Positions 1 to 14,612 are shown, counted from the stretch's first letter. The stretch: 64,000 nucleotides of DNA from Octopus vulgaris (GCA_951406725.2 OX597815.1:97340001-97404000), one strand, 5' to 3'. Notes: generated from the letters alone by a model not told the origin. Translations and numbers: made by a program.

Positions 1-130
1 GTTTTCATTTAATTAATACACATCGCATCAACAGGATCTGTATCATCATACCTGCATTATTTTCCTATGCAAATTTTGCCTTTGTCGAATGTCTTTTGTC
101 ATTTAACGTTAATATTATATTACTCTAATG

Positions 131-335
131 TGTTGAGCTGGCAGGATCTTTAGTATGCCGGACAAAATGCTTAGCGACATTCTATCCGTCTTTTATGTTC
201 TGAGTTCAAATTCGACCGAGGTCGACTTTGCCTTTCATTGTTTTGGGGCCCATGAAATAAGTACTAGTTGAGCACTGGGGTTGACTGAACCCCTTCTCCG
301 AACATGCTGGCCTTGTGCCAAAATTTCAAGCTAAT
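131..335 (+). mobile_element. tRNA-derived SINE (cephalopod OR-type, family A)
   Basis: Head gagctggcaggatctttag...gttctgagttcaaattc (B-box-like) then gaggtcgactttgcctttcat...aagtactagttgagcactggggt; same family recurs at 21628, 36022 and 53788. Confidence 0.8.
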
Positions 336-886
336 ATTTTCTTACTCATTTGCGAGTATTTATTTGATAATTTGTGTATAATTCGAAGGCCCCGTTTGGC
401 CGAAAATTTTGGTATTTCAGATTGTTTGTGATCATAAAGAAAATATTCCTGTTTTTGCCTCCGGTCTCATTGTGATAGTTTACGAGAATCTGTAATTATT
501 GCCTTTTTACGTTTTACCATTTTGATTCTGATATTTCTGTAATATGGAGCGGAAAGCGAGTTAAAATACTTTAGTTTTTGTGTGTACCCACATCTATTCT
601 TTCAAGGCCATTTGTAATTGTTGCATCTTCTTAATTTCAAATTGCCCAGTACTGGAAATTCCGATCATGTACTATAGAGAATTGTAACCGGTCGTGAATT
701 CTAATAGGTTAAGGGAAGCATGTAAAGATTTCCTTCATTCTGTTCCAAAATAGAACAGAGCATATATGCACATACACGCACGCATATATATGCATGCACG
801 TATGTAATTTCTTATGTTTATTTCTATGTTCTTGTACGAATATGTAAGTATGTGTTCGTACAAGTGCATGAGTATACAGCTTTCTA

Positions 887-923
<37 letters not shown>

Positions 924-931
<8 letters not shown>

Positions 932-1205
932 ATCACGTGACCGACCAGACCATCAGATGTTTTTACACATCGCTGGTCACAATGCGTTCGCATTGTTTTT
1001 TAGCCTTTGAATGACGCCACCCCGGTGGCTAAGCGAGCAGGCCAACAGAAGAAAGAGTGGTGAAAGAGTACAGCAGGGATCACCCCCCCCTGCCGGAGCC
1101 TCGTGGACCTTTTAGGTGTTTTCGCTCAATATACACTCACAACGCCCGGTCTATGAATCGAAGCCGCGAGTCCGCTGGCCTAACCACTGGGCCATTGCGC
1201 CTCCA

Positions 1206-1206
<1 letters not shown>
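924..1206 (-). mobile_element. tRNA-derived SINE inserted in a (TA)n tract
   Basis: Reverse strand starts gtggaggcgcaatggcccagtggttagg (A-box) ... cttcgattc (B-box-like); (TA)n on both sides. Confidence 0.75.
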
Positions 1207-1238
<32 letters not shown>

Positions 1239-1966
1239 TCAAGAAAACAATAATTCTGAGTCAAAATATTATATATCTATTTTATAAATATTATGTTTAT
1301 TATTAATTTGGATATATACGTGTGTGTCTGTATGTCTACCTTTGTGTATGTGAACATATATGTATGAATGTATGAATGTTGTATCTAACTATCTATGCGT
1401 AGGCGGAAAGATCGGTGAAATGCTGATTTGACAAGGAAAAACTATTCGTCTCCTGAGGTCTTGAGTAGCGACATTACAGTCATGTAATTTGCCATTGTGG
1501 AAAGTTTACTGATGTATTACTTATTGCTGTAGATCACCAGTCACTCTAGTGGAGTCGTATTAATCGTTACCGAGCGAAATTTATATCATTGCAAAGCTTC
1601 ATTCTTAATGACTCTGTACAACATTTGAGATACTGGAAGTCTGTGTGTGGTTGAAGTTTCTTTTCATAACCACATCTCAATAATTAATTCATATTAATTA
1701 TTGAATGCTTATCTCTATAGTTTTCTTGCCAAAAAATCCCTAACTTTTAATCTATTTATTTTGTTTTATTTTATTCGAACGTCGTTTTCATCAAATGAAA
1801 ATGAAAATCCATGATTTGAAGCAACAAATATCCTGGAAATTTAATTGAAGTGTTTTTTTCTATATAATCACCCAAAATTAAGCAAGTATCCATTATCTAT
1901 TGTATCCAATTTATGGGAATCAGGCGAATCAGTTAACATTAGTTGATATGGAAATCAGTTGACATA

Positions 1967-3256
1967 CGAGGAGCGTTCAATAAGCAATGCCCCTGACCCA
2001 CTTCCCATAGCAGTAGAGCAACGAAACTTGGCACAGTTATTAGTCTTTTTCTACATATGAACCATCCAGAGTTACGCATTTCTCCCATCGTTTGATGCGG
2101 CTCTGGAGACCGTTTTTGTAGAAGAACCCAGCTTGGTCCTCCAACCTCAACGTGACTTCAGAAATCAAGGCTGCATCATCTGGGAAACGCTTTTCTTTCA
2201 AAAACAACTTCATGATTGGGAAGTGGTGAAAATCAGAGGGTGCAAGGTCAGGAGAGTAGGGGGATTGGGGAGGAGTTCATAGTCGCATGCCTGTGCTTCT
2301 GATCTGGCGACAAGCGAGTTGTGGACCGGAGCGTTGTCCTGCAGGAGGAGGATGCCTTAGCTGATCTTGCCCCGCCTCTTGATTTTGATAACTTCTCTTA
2401 ATTTCCTCAAAAGTGAAGCATAATAGGCTCCTGCAATTGTGGTACCCTTTGCCAGGAAATCTGTCATCACTACTCCGTCCTGGTCCCAGAAGACTGTGAG
2501 CATGACCTTGCCAGCGGAGGGCTGCACCCTTGCCTTCTTTGGAGGGGGTGAGTCACGGTGGTTCCACTGCATTGAATGGGCTTTGGCCTCTGGATCATCG
2601 TGATGGACCAAGGTTTCATCCTGTGTAATCAGTCTTTTGAAAAATTTTAACTCATCTTCTTGGCACATCTCCAAATTCACCCTCGAGCACTCGACGCGTT
2701 CTTGCTTCTGGAAAGGCGTGAGCAACCTGGGAATACATCTGGTAGACACCTTTTGCATATGCAAATGGTCATGAATGATAGTTTCCACAGACCCGGTACT
2801 AATCTTGACCTCATGGGCTATTTGGCGAATAATTATGCGTCGATCTTCCAAAATGGCAGCCTCAACTTGACGGACAGATGCCTCATCAATGGCAGAAGGG
2901 GGCGACCAGATCTGGAGCTGTTTCCACAGAATTCCGACCATGTTTGAATTCACGATGCCAGCGTTTTACAAGGTCATATGATGGGGCATCATCACCATAA
3001 GTTACTTTCATTTCATCAAAAGTCTCCCGTGGTTTGCGTCCTTTCAAATACAAAAACTGGATCACTGCTCGACACTCAACAGGCTCCATTTCACACTTGA
3101 CTCGGTTCAAACGCCTGTAAATCAGAAACCACAATTAATTCAGAGCTGTAATTTGCCACTTTCTCAATAGAGATATAAATAATTGCACATGCAAAATTTC
3201 AGCTAGATCAACCAACTGCAAGTGGGTCAGAGGCATTACTTATTGAACGTCCCTCG
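1967..3256 (-). mobile_element. Full-length mariner (DD34D, irritans/Hsmar2-like), ~1.29 kb
   Basis: TIRs cgaggagcgttcaataagcaatgcccctgacccactt (left) vs reverse complement of right cgagggacgttcaataagtaatgcctctgacccactt; TA at 1965-1966 and 3257-3258. Confidence 0.95.
2040..3089 (-). pseudogene. Mariner transposase pseudogene
   Basis: MEPVECRAVIQFL..., CIPRLL (WVPxxL motif), ITQDET, LLQDNA, PPYSPDLAPSDF, C-terminus RWEKCVTLDGSYVEKD*; frameshift near 2915 and in-frame stop at 2357-2359. Confidence 0.92.
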
Positions 3257-4432
3257 TAAGTTCTTGTACTTGTCTAGATTTTGTCAGCTCTGGTTGATCA
3301 CCAAGTTGATATTTGTAGATCAGACAAAGTTTTTCCCCGTGCTCCCGTCGGCCACGTCTTCCCTAGAACTAATTTATTGTTCCTATATATTGAAGATGGT
3401 GTCGAAACTGGCATTCAGTACGTGCTCATAATCAGTAAATTTTAAATGTATTAAATTTCCGTATAGTGGATTTCTAATGTTGGGATATGTTCCATCCGAC
3501 CTTATAAAGTGTTATTACTATGTTCTGTAAATCTAATCCGTCGTTAGTCAAAGATATCCCATTCTTAAATTTAGTTGCTTTTGCTATTCAAAATGTATAA
3601 AACCGTATGTAATGAAGGTATTCAGTATATTTTCAATGAGTCTAGGTGTTATTGATTTTGGTTCAAGCCAAATATTTTAGAGAATATGAATATGGGAAGC
3701 TAAACACTTCTAGAAACATAATTTCGCAGTAAAGTTGAATAACGTTTATTGCTTGATTTGTGAATACGCTAACATATTGCTGCAGATCACACTCTATAAA
3801 TACGGCATTTGATAAAATTCGAGGAGCAAAGATGAATTTTGACGTACCTACGTGTATTGGATGAAACTATTTCATATCGCTTATGCGTCAAATACTATCT
3901 AAATACGCGAGAGATTTCTGGCGTGAAAAATAACGGAACAAAATATCAAATATACTTCAAATAGAATTTAAATCAGATTTAACATCATTTCCTTTCTTCA
4001 TTTATATTTAAAATCTTCTTTAGATAAAATATCAGGATATATTACACGTATTTCCCACTCGTGTATGCTTGAGGGAATTATATGATAATGGTAAATGCAA
4101 ATTAGATGAAGTTTCAAATACTGAATCAGCAACTTTACTCAGTTGCATTTCCTCTTTAAAAGTCACAGTTTGCGATTAATTGTTGTATTTAAATATGAAA
4201 AATTCAGGAAGAAAATTAGTGAACAGAAACTTATTAAAATACTGCTTTGTAGAAGCAATAAATTAAATATTTTAAAATGTGCTTGTATAGTTTATATACA
4301 TTTTAAACTGATTTCTAAAGAATGATAATTGAAAATAATATTACCTTTTTTTGAAAGATTAATAAACATACAAGAAACACGATGAAATAGAACACACTCT
4401 AAATGTCATCAATTATCTTTTACTAACGGTTA

Positions 4433-7400
4433 GACTATGTTTAGGGCACCTTTTCTAGCCCCTTCCCAATTCAGGGTGAGCAGAGTGGATCCTAAACAGG
4501 GCTACTCAGTCGTGGATACTGCTGCCGAACATCTTCCCTGCTTCTTCCGAAAGATAGAGCGACTGAATAATGTAACCACCGCATCCGTGCCGGTTCTGCA
4601 CTAGGAGCCTCTAGCTTTCACGAGCCTGCTCCCATCATCCATCGCCGATCGCCGAAAGACTTGGAAAGAATAAGAAGAGTGGTGGCGCAGACGCCTGTGC
4701 GTGAAATTTTTTAACGTGTGCTTGAGGTCGCACGCCCAGTAAAGCACACGTAAACTTGACAGACCACCAACTTGACCCAATGGCAAGGTAAACCGAGACG
4801 ATTGGAGTCGATGGTCTGCTGCAGCCTTCGTCCGCCTTCACAGCCGTTGAGTTGTTAAGGCAACTTCATCCGCCTGTTCCACCGTTGGGGACTTGATGAC
4901 TGTCAGAGCCCCGTTTGCCGCTAGCACAGCTGGCTTGCTGTGCTCGCGTTGCCCAGTCTGCACCCCGTGGAGGAGCGGTTGAAATTTGCAGACTATGTCT
5001 GCTTCACCCCAATCCTGTCTGGAAAACCGCGTCCAGAGGGGTCACCATCATGCGGTCGAAAATCAAGATCAAGATACGCAACGCTGAAATTCGGGACCTG
5101 GAATGTCAGGACTCTCACAGATAACACCAACTAAGACAGACCCGTAAGGCAAACTGCAATCATCGCCCGGGAACTCCATCGATTCAATTTTGACATCGTA
5201 GCTCTCAGTGAACCCGGAGAGCCGGAGAAGGCCGGCTGAGAGAAAAAGGCGGTCAATACACCTTTTTTTGGAAAGGTTACGATCCCGACCATCAACGGAT
5301 CCATGGTGTGGGTTTTGCAATACGAAACACCATCCTATCCAAACTGACAGAGCAGCCCATCGGAATGTCCGCACGACTCATGACCCTCCGAATCCAGCTT
5401 GTCAGAAGTCAGCACGCAACTATCATCAGCGCGTATGCTCCCACCCTTAACGCGGAGGATTTAGTCAAGGAAGAGTTTTACAGCCAGCTTGATAGCATTC
5501 TCTCTACCGTCCCAAAGGACGACAAGATCATTCTCCTGGGAGATTTCAACGCCAGAGTTGGGAGAGATCGTGAACTCTTGACAGGAACCATCGGAAAGGA
5601 AGGAGTGGGAAAAGTCAATGCCAATGGAACTCTGCTACTCACCAAATGTGCTGAACATAACCTGGTGATAACCAACACCCGTTTTCCCCAGAAGAATCGA
5701 TATAAGGTCTCATGGCAGCATCCAAGATCTAAAAAATGGCATCTCATCGACTATATCATCGTGAGATCCCGAGACCAGCAAGATGTCTTGCTCACCAGAG
5801 CCGCCACTGGAGCAGTTGAGTGCTGGACAGATCATCGCCTCATCGCCTCCACCATGAAAATCAAACTCCGACTAAAAGTGAAATATCGCAGCAAGGAAAG
5901 CAGAGTAAAGAAATTCAACATCGAAGCACTGCAAGACCCAAAAACTCGTGTTGCGTTCCAGCAGCACCTATAGGTCAATCTTCAAAATAAGACTCCAAAT
6001 CATCTCGTCGAAGAAAATTGGAACCAGCTGAAAGAAACCATCATCACCACTTGCGAAGAAACCATCGGTCGCAAGAAAAGGAAACACCAGGACTTGTTCG
6101 ACGACAATGATGAAGCTCTCAAAGAACTGATCGACCAAAAACGGAAAGCTTTCATCAGCTCACAGAATGATCCAAAGTCTGTCACTAAACGAGAGTCTTT
6201 CAAAAAGTGCAAAGCCGCAGTTCAAAGGACAACCCTTACCCTGAAGAACCAGTGGTGGAGACACAAATCTCGTGAAATCCAGCAGCTAGCAGATGTAAAC
6301 GACACCAGAGGGTTCTTCAAAGCCACGAAAGAAATATACGGACCTTCCACACATGAACAGGCTCCTCTGAAGAGTAAAGACGGAGCGACCATCCTGAAAA
6401 GCAATGCCGAAATAGGAGACAGATGGAGAGAACACTACAATGACCTCCTCAATCACAAGGCTACCATCGACAAAAGCATACTTGACATGTTTCCTAAAGA
6501 GGCCAAAGATTACTCTCTCGCTCGAATTCCATCCCTCATAGAGGTCGAAATTGCTATCACAGCGATGAAGAACAACAAAGCCGCGGGTCCTGACGGAATC
6601 CCAGTTGAGATCTACAAACTGGGAGGTGATTTTGTCCAACACCAGCTCCACCAACTCTTGGTCAAAATCTGGACAAATGAAGTTGTACCATCCGACTTCC
6701 AGGATGCTAACATCATTACCATTTACAAACGAAAGGGCGATCGTTCGGAGTGTGGAAATTACCGGGGTATTTCTTTATTAGCAACTGCTGGGAAGATTCT
6801 TGCACGCATCCTGAAAAACCGCCTCAAAACGCTGTCAGAGAGGATCCTTCCTGAGACGCAGACCGGCTTTAAGCCATCACGAAGCACAACCGACATGATC
6901 TTCACGCTGCGACAGCTACAAGAAAAATGTGAGCAACACCAACCGCTCTATTTGGCCTTTATCGACCTATCCAAAGCCTCTGATCGTGTCTCGCGAGAGC
7001 TCCTCTGGGATATTCTCGCACAGTATGGATGCCCAGATAAGTTCATCCGGATCCTCAAACTCCTCCACGACAATATGCACGCCAGAGTCCAGACCGACGG
7101 AGGCAATTCTGAGCCCTTTAAAGTCACCTCCGGAGTGAAGCAAGGCTGCGTGATAGCGCCAACTCTCTTTACCATCTTTATTGCGACAGTGTTGCACATC
7201 ATACGAGATGACCTTCCACCTGGCATCGAGATCTCGTACAGAATGGACGGCAAGCTTTTCAACCTCGCTCGCCTCAAAAGTACGTCAAAGACAATGGCGC
7301 GAAGCTTGCTAGAGTTCCAATATGCCGACGACAACAGTGTAGCATCTTACAGAGAGGATCACCTCCAACAGATCCTAAATGCGTTTCATCATGCATATAC

Positions 7401-8294
7401 TAAACTTGGACTGGGCATCAACATCAAGAAGACTCACTTACTCTACCAACCTCTTCCCAATGCCCGTGTTGACAAACCGCCATCGATTCAACTCGAAGGA
7501 ATTCCACCGGATAATGTGAACCATTTCTGCTACCTTGGGAGCCATCTGTCAGCAATGGTAGACATCAGCGATGGAATCCAACACCGTCTGAAGTGTGCAG
7601 GAACAGCTTTCGGCAAGCTTTGAACAAGAGTTTTAGCTGATCGGGACATCCGAACCGAATCCAAACTCATGGTGTACACGGCAGTCATTATTCCAACCCT
7701 CCTTTACGCATCCGAAACCTGGACCCCGTATAGTCACCACCTGAAAACGCTCGAGAAATTTCACCAACGCTGTCTTCGGAAGATCCTTAACATCAGCGAA
7801 CTACAAGAAAACAAAAATGACCACCATCGAAGCCTATGTCATCAAAGGCTAACTAAGATGGAGCGGCCACGTGGTTAGAATGACTGACGAACGACTTCCC
7901 AAACAGATCTTCTACTCCCAACTCAAAGACGGCAAGCGTACAAAAGGAGGCCAGAAGAAACGCTAGAAGGACTCCCTGAAAACGAACCTCAAAAAGTGTG
8001 ACATCGACTTCACTAACTGGGAGGAAACGGCAAAAAACAGACCACTCTGGAAAACCATCATCCGTGAGGGAACGGCGACTTTCGAGTCGAAAAGGTCTGC
8101 AGAGCTGGAGGAGAAAAGACGACGACAGAAGGAGCGCCAACAACAACCACGTGCGACTCTCTCTTCTGGCACTAGATGTCCACACTGCGACCGATCTTTT
8201 CAAGCAAGAATTGGTCTTATCGGTCACCTACAGACTCACCAGTAAATTTGCGCGAAGACCATCATCCTCGACCTTGAGGGATTGCCATCAATTC
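4433..8294 (+). mobile_element. Full-length RTE-clade (BovB-like) LINE, ~3.86 kb
   Basis: Identical 11-bp TSD actaacggtta at 4422-4432 and 8295-8305; ~0.6-kb 5' leader and one APE-RT frame. Confidence 0.93.
5049..8245 (+). pseudogene. RTE APE endonuclease-reverse transcriptase, disrupted
   Basis: FGTWNVRTL, LGDFNARVG, WHLIDYII, TDHRL (APE); KAAGPDGIP, YRGISLL, GVKQGCVIAP, QYADD (RT); C-terminal CPHCDRSF...HLQTH. Stops near 5132, 5971, 7621, 7964, frameshift near 5220, short deletion near 7797. Confidence 0.92.
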
Positions 8295-8848
8295 ACTAAC
8301 GGTTACAATATTTTTCTCGATTTAACGCTTGCGCACACTCACAGACATGCACACAGACAAATAGAGACGCAAAAACAACAAATGTATGGTTAGTAACAGA
8401 GGTAAGCAGTTTCCTCATTGTGAAGGGACAAGGCGGTATTAACAATATCTTTCACACTGCCCTGAGACACTTCATTTTAGAAGATTCTACTGGGGGATCT
8501 AATGTGACGACAGTGGAATTAACGCAGAAATATTTCCCAGAACTAGAACGAGAAAACAGTTTTGCTTCAACTAAACATTCAGAATTAATCTTAGTTTGAC
8601 TATAGTATCTATAGTATCTAGAATTGTAAAACATAGCAATTATTGTCTCATAAAGAGTTCTTCGTTTGATAATCAGCCCACTATTAGTAAGCTTAACAAA
8701 ACTAAAGCTTATGATGAAGCAACTCAATGAAATTTTCAAATTCCCGGTCGATGTCCTGTACATGATAGCTGCCTGGTTAACGACCTATCGATCTTTATAT
8801 CTATTTCTCTATCTCTTTCTTTATGTCTGTCTGTCTGTCTGTCTCCCA

Positions 8849-8900
<52 letters not shown>

Positions 8901-9499
8901 ATTATATATACGTATATGTGTGTGTATGTGTGTGTTTATACGGGATATATTCACCTCCTAAAGGGATGATTACATCCAAGAAAACATTGGTTCTATACCT
9001 AAGATTTTTGAGAATTAAAATTTCTCTAACTGAAGATATGTATTATGCATGTAATCCGTATTCAATTAATTGAAGAAAAGAAAATGGAGATTTGAAAGTT
9101 AATAATCATTTATTTATAAATTGATGATATTAACTTCATTTTATTCTACCTTGTTATTTATTTTACTTTATTCCTACCCATATTGAAATTAATCCATTTA
9201 ACCTCACCCACACACAAAAATAAAACTAAAATAATTTCATATATTTCGACAGTCGGTATGAATTAAGAGGTCAACATGTAATGTTTTATTGTATATCTTT
9301 TTTCCTGGTGATATTTTGTTCATATGTTATAAATACACATTCAAAACATAAATTTGTAATTTATTTAACGAGCACAAATGGAAACAGCTGTAGGAAGTAA
9401 GAATTATCTATTTATTAATAAATAAATATTGACTTTGAAATCACCATTTTCTTTTCTTCTATTAAGTGAACACAAATTTTATATATATTTATTTATATT

Positions 9500-9610
9500 T
9501 CCTGAGCGCCATACTAATACAATTGTTTGTTTGTATTCAACCTGCCTTCGACTTTTGTTTATTTACGTAAACCTGCCTTCGTCTTTTGTCTATTTTCATA
9601 AAGCTTCCCG

Positions 9611-9612
<2 letters not shown>
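9500..9612 (+). mobile_element. 3' fragment of the short repeat family also at 27890-28075
   Basis: cctgagcgccatactaatacaattgtttg...acctgccttcgtcttttgt matches the reverse complement of 27890-27962; followed by (TA)n. Confidence 0.6.
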
Positions 9613-9648
<36 letters not shown>

Positions 9649-10239
9649 GGGGAAAATGAATAGAAATGGCTTTTGTGAGTGACGATTTTGCCACTTTAAT
9701 ACTTAGATGTTTATAAGATTTCAAATGTTGTCTCTTATAGGAGTTTCTTGCCTAAAAGCAGTTTTCAAATTCATATTTTAGAGTATCTTATTCACTGTTT
9801 GAATAGGGCGTGTTTAATTATAAACATACACGCATGCATACCAACACTAATACCCCGCCCCCGGATATACATGTATATAGGCATAAGCATATATAGAGAG
9901 AGACGTGCACACGCATACATATACACACATAAACATGTACATACAAAAGCATAGGAACTTACAAATACATACACACAGAGGAACATATAGATGCTTATAC
10001 ATATAGACGTATTCATTGACATATATCCATATATACATACACACAAATAATTTTTGGGTGTGGTCAATTCGCTATGAAACGGTTCTATAAAGTACCGTAA
10101 ATACAATGGTACCTGCTTGCAAGACTACTTATCACCATGGTCACAAACATTCACATTCAGTTCTCTCGTATAATATACGTACATATTTATACATAGATAC
10201 ACACACTCACAGATATATATACTTACACACAAATATATC

Positions 10240-10270
<31 letters not shown>

Positions 10271-10413
10271 ATACATATGTAACATATGAATAAAAAAATC
10301 TGTAAATATAAAACCATCCAGATTTTCTGAGTACCTTATTTCTTCTAATATATAATACATGTACATCATCTCCAGACCTTCTAACATTTATATATATGTA
10401 TACAAACACAAAA

Positions 10414-10506
<93 letters not shown>

Positions 10507-11963
10507 CACATTATATATGTATATGTAATCAGATCGACCTCTTTCTAATTTAACTGCTCGAAACAGTACTTGACTGCTGAAAGAAGGCCACGAATGACCG
10601 TCTTTTTTTTTTATCCTGTCCTAAGTTTTGTGTAACCGGTCCAGCTTCGTATGGTCTATCTGTCCGAATATTTTATTGCCCTGTATTCTCTGCATTGCGT
10701 TTTTGTACAATTTTTTTAATATTTATGTATACATATTGTGTCGTACGTACACACTCGTGTTCAGCTTATAGTAGGTATGTATCTAAATTTTGTACGACCC
10801 TTACTCTATCTTTTGGTCCTACTCATAATTTCTCCTCTTTTCTTTTTCTCGTTTCCCTCTCTTTCTCACATTTCTTGACCATCTCTTTCTTTAACTCTCT
10901 CACTTCCTCCTGTTTATCTCGCTCGTACCATTCCCTTTGTCTCTGATTTTCTTCTAAACTTTTAATCCCGCTGCCCCTACCCATCCACGTGACCGGTTTC
11001 CTGCCAGCCATGATCTTTCTTTCTTGACCTGACTGCCGACGGCCAACACCTCTTATGCCCATCTCCATATTCGGCAGCTCAATTTCATTCATTCTCAATT
11101 GAAAGACATCTGTTGTTATTTTCTTTTTGTTTGTATATGTAATTGCTTACCATGTTCTCTGTCATTTTTGTCTTAGTTGCCGTACACATTCACTAGCTTT
11201 CTTACAAAACGATCTAATGCCCTTAGCTTAGACTTTTTTAGGGGGCATCCAGATCGAAATATCTCAAGTGTAACTGCCCAAAGCTGTACAGATTCTGGTA
11301 AACTTGACTGATGAAAGCAGGCAAAAAATGCACCGTCTTTTTTCCCCTGTCTTTCTAATTGTTCTTTCTCCTATCCGCCTTTATTTTGTCTGTGTCTGAA
11401 TGTTTTATTGTCGTCTATTGCGTTTTTGGTGCATTTTTTAATTGATACACACACACATACATACATATATATATATATGTGTGTGTGTATATACACATTT
11501 ACACATGCGCACATATATCCATACAAAAACGCATAAATCTAAACATACGTATACATATACGCGTACTCAGACACACACACGCGCACACACACATATATAT
11601 ATATGCATGTATGTATGCATGTATGTATGTATGCATGTATGTATGTATGCATGTATGTATGTATGTATGTATGTATGTATGTATGTATGTATGTATGTAT
11701 GTATGTATGTATAAATCTGAAACCGTACACTACAGGGATATCAGTCTCCAATTTCCGTGCATCTACGGTCGCTGCCGGCATATAGGTATACAATTATCTG
11801 TGCGTTGACAGTAGCAACAAAGCACTTTAGCCTTTATTTCTAGCAGTGTCATATTCAATGACATTTATTGTTTTCCTTTTTTATGAAGCTCTGCTACCTA
11901 GCCGCCGCATTTGACTATATATATATATATATATATATAAATATGCATACATATATATATGCT

Positions 11964-12002
<39 letters not shown>

Positions 12003-12189
12003 CATACACACCAACATAGATATTCAGGAGAACATACCTACATTTACCCGTACTGCCATCCTCACGCTGCCCATGCATATACATATACACACATCCACTC
12101 ACAAACAGAGTAATACATAACATAGTTCTCAGGGTGATTCAGGGTGATCCATGATGTGACAACATTAGACAATTACAATTCAGGTACTA

Positions 12190-12325
12190 CTATTTTTGCC
12201 AGCTGAGCTAACTAGTGTGATGTGAAAGAAAATGTCTTGAACAAGTACATGACATGCTGTCGTGTATCGAACTAACCACTTACAATTTTGTGTTGAATAC
12301 CCTAACTGATAGACTACGTGTCCCA
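12190..12325 (-). mobile_element. Decayed tRNA-derived SINE
   Basis: Degenerate similarity to the SINE at 61124-61358 (gtcttgaacaag...ccctaactga). Confidence 0.4.
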
Positions 12326-13839
12326 ATAGCATACCCATATACACATATGTGTACACATCGGCTATACTGAGCCTTCTATCAATCAGAAATAGAAATATGG
12401 AGCAAATAAATCAAATATTACATCATTTAACAAAAAAGTGGATTATACATTCAAATAGAAAATATAACTGTTTTGTTGGTAACTATTTGTACATGCTGAT
12501 GCGTGTGTCAAGGTTACTGATATATTCAAATACTTTTTCTTATTGTAATTAACTTTCATCAATAGGCTATATTGTACTTTTCAAACAAAAATATATATTC
12601 TGTTATATATGTGATACAAGTACACGCTTTAGATCACGTAGAATTCAGTTTCCCAAAATTCATCAAGTGCGCTAAAGATAAAAAAAAAAAAAACAGTCAG
12701 AAAACAATCCTCATATAAACATACTGAGGAATAACTGAATTCGTCAGTGCACAACACCCACGATTGAAAGTTATTATATGCAAGTTATATTATAGTGGCA
12801 ACGCGTAAATACTTAAAACTGCGCTAAGTACAAAAGATAAATTATTGGGTATAAATATTTGAGCTGTTGTAAACTGTTCAGGTGTAATATCGTCAGCTGG
12901 CAGATGAGGTATTTGGGAGTTGAAAAAAGAAACTAATGAAGATAATGACTTCCTCTAGATCACACCAGTGAATTGTGCAATACATCACAAATGCGAAATG
13001 CTGCAAATATAAAATGGAAGTTATATTTTCAGTGAAAGGTATTTGTCTACACCAATTGTTAACTTGTTTTAGAATGTATACAAGAGGAGAGCAGATTTAT
13101 GCCATGATAAAAGAGAATTACTAATATCACCTTCAAAGAAAGATACAATAAAGGCGGATTCTAACGCGTAGTAATGAAACAAATGTAAAAAATATTATTA
13201 CGACATAAAGTTGCCAGGGAGACGAGTAAGTAACAGTAGAAGCCATTTTCAGAATTCAGCAACAAAACATTGATACAACAATAACAAAACGATTAAATGC
13301 ATGGTCAAAGTCAGATGAATCTATCCAAAGAAAGAATAAAGAAAAATATCGCTGTCTTAGATCAGAAAACTATTGCCCAAAATAACTGCAAAATATCATC
13401 ATGTAATATTGTATTATATATATTTGGTCCTCGTGTTTGCTCGAAAAATTGATATAAAATCGTTTTTTGAAACAGATCTTGTTTTTTCGGGATTGTCATT
13501 ATGCCAATAATAAATGCAGGCATTTGTTATATTTCAATTTGTAATCATTACTATTTATCTAATAACACTCTTACCCAAATGACTAATCGACTGCTTGCTT
13601 ATTCGTTTTGTATAGTCAATCAATTAATCCATGTGCTCGGCTCGTTAGAGTCCTTTCATCACCATGTGTGACCTCATCCATGATGAGGTAATTGATCATT
13701 TCATTAATTGGTTGAATGATTAACGAGATCAATAATCAATTAACTACTTAGTTAAGCGTTTTGCTAGTAACTCGCAAAGAAGAGAAAGAGTGCTTTCTTT
13801 TTTACTGTCATAATGACCCTCTAAATATACAAGAGAAAC

Positions 13840-14240
13840 GGACACGATTAATTCCACAAAAGTATGTTTTCCATCATTCTGATCATTGTACCGACTATCG
13901 GAACGCACAGACCAATTTCTTGACTAACACTACATTCTGTCTTTAGAGCAAAATCACTGCACTGGAATTCCTATGGCTGCAAAAATCAACTCGTGTTTAA
14001 CCGAATGATACTTGAAAACTTCTCTAAAAGCCATAATCATAGTACTGCTTGGATAGATTACTACAAGACATTCGATAGTGTCCCTCACAGGAGGTTCGCA
14101 AACACTCTAGATTTGTACAAAATATCACCAATTATATAGGTTTACTTACACAAAGTATGGGCATGTGGTGCACAAAATTGTACCTCAAATCTAATTATTC
14201 AACTTGTTTTTCATCACCAAGCGTTGATATCTTGAGGAAC
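13840..14240 (+). mobile_element. Decayed R4/Dong-clade RT fragment
   Basis: Translates to GCKNQLVFNRMILEN...STAWIDYYKTFDSVPH, the R4/Dong GCKDQLL...AWIDYxKAFDSVPH signature. Confidence 0.75.
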
Positions 14241-14612
14241 TTTTTCAGAATGCGACATGAAATTATTGCATTGGAAATAACTTTCTAAAACGACCATTTC
14301 AGTTACTACTAGATTGTATACATTATCAACTGCACTGAACATAGCAACTGATGTATACCTACACCAATTGTTCTTCACTCAAATTTCGATTTTACATTCA
14401 GTTTACTGAAATCATGCGCACTGGATCATTGGTTGACGGCTTTATTAGCCTATCGGTTGTGTTAGTCTTTTGTCTAGAGATTCCTAGTCTTTCGCTTAAA
14501 CACTTATTCTTCTGGACAACGGAATATTGACAGTGGTCCCACATTCTAATAATGTAACGTAGCCCATTATGAGAACAGGGGAGATAGACAGACAGACAGA
14601 CAGACAGACAGG

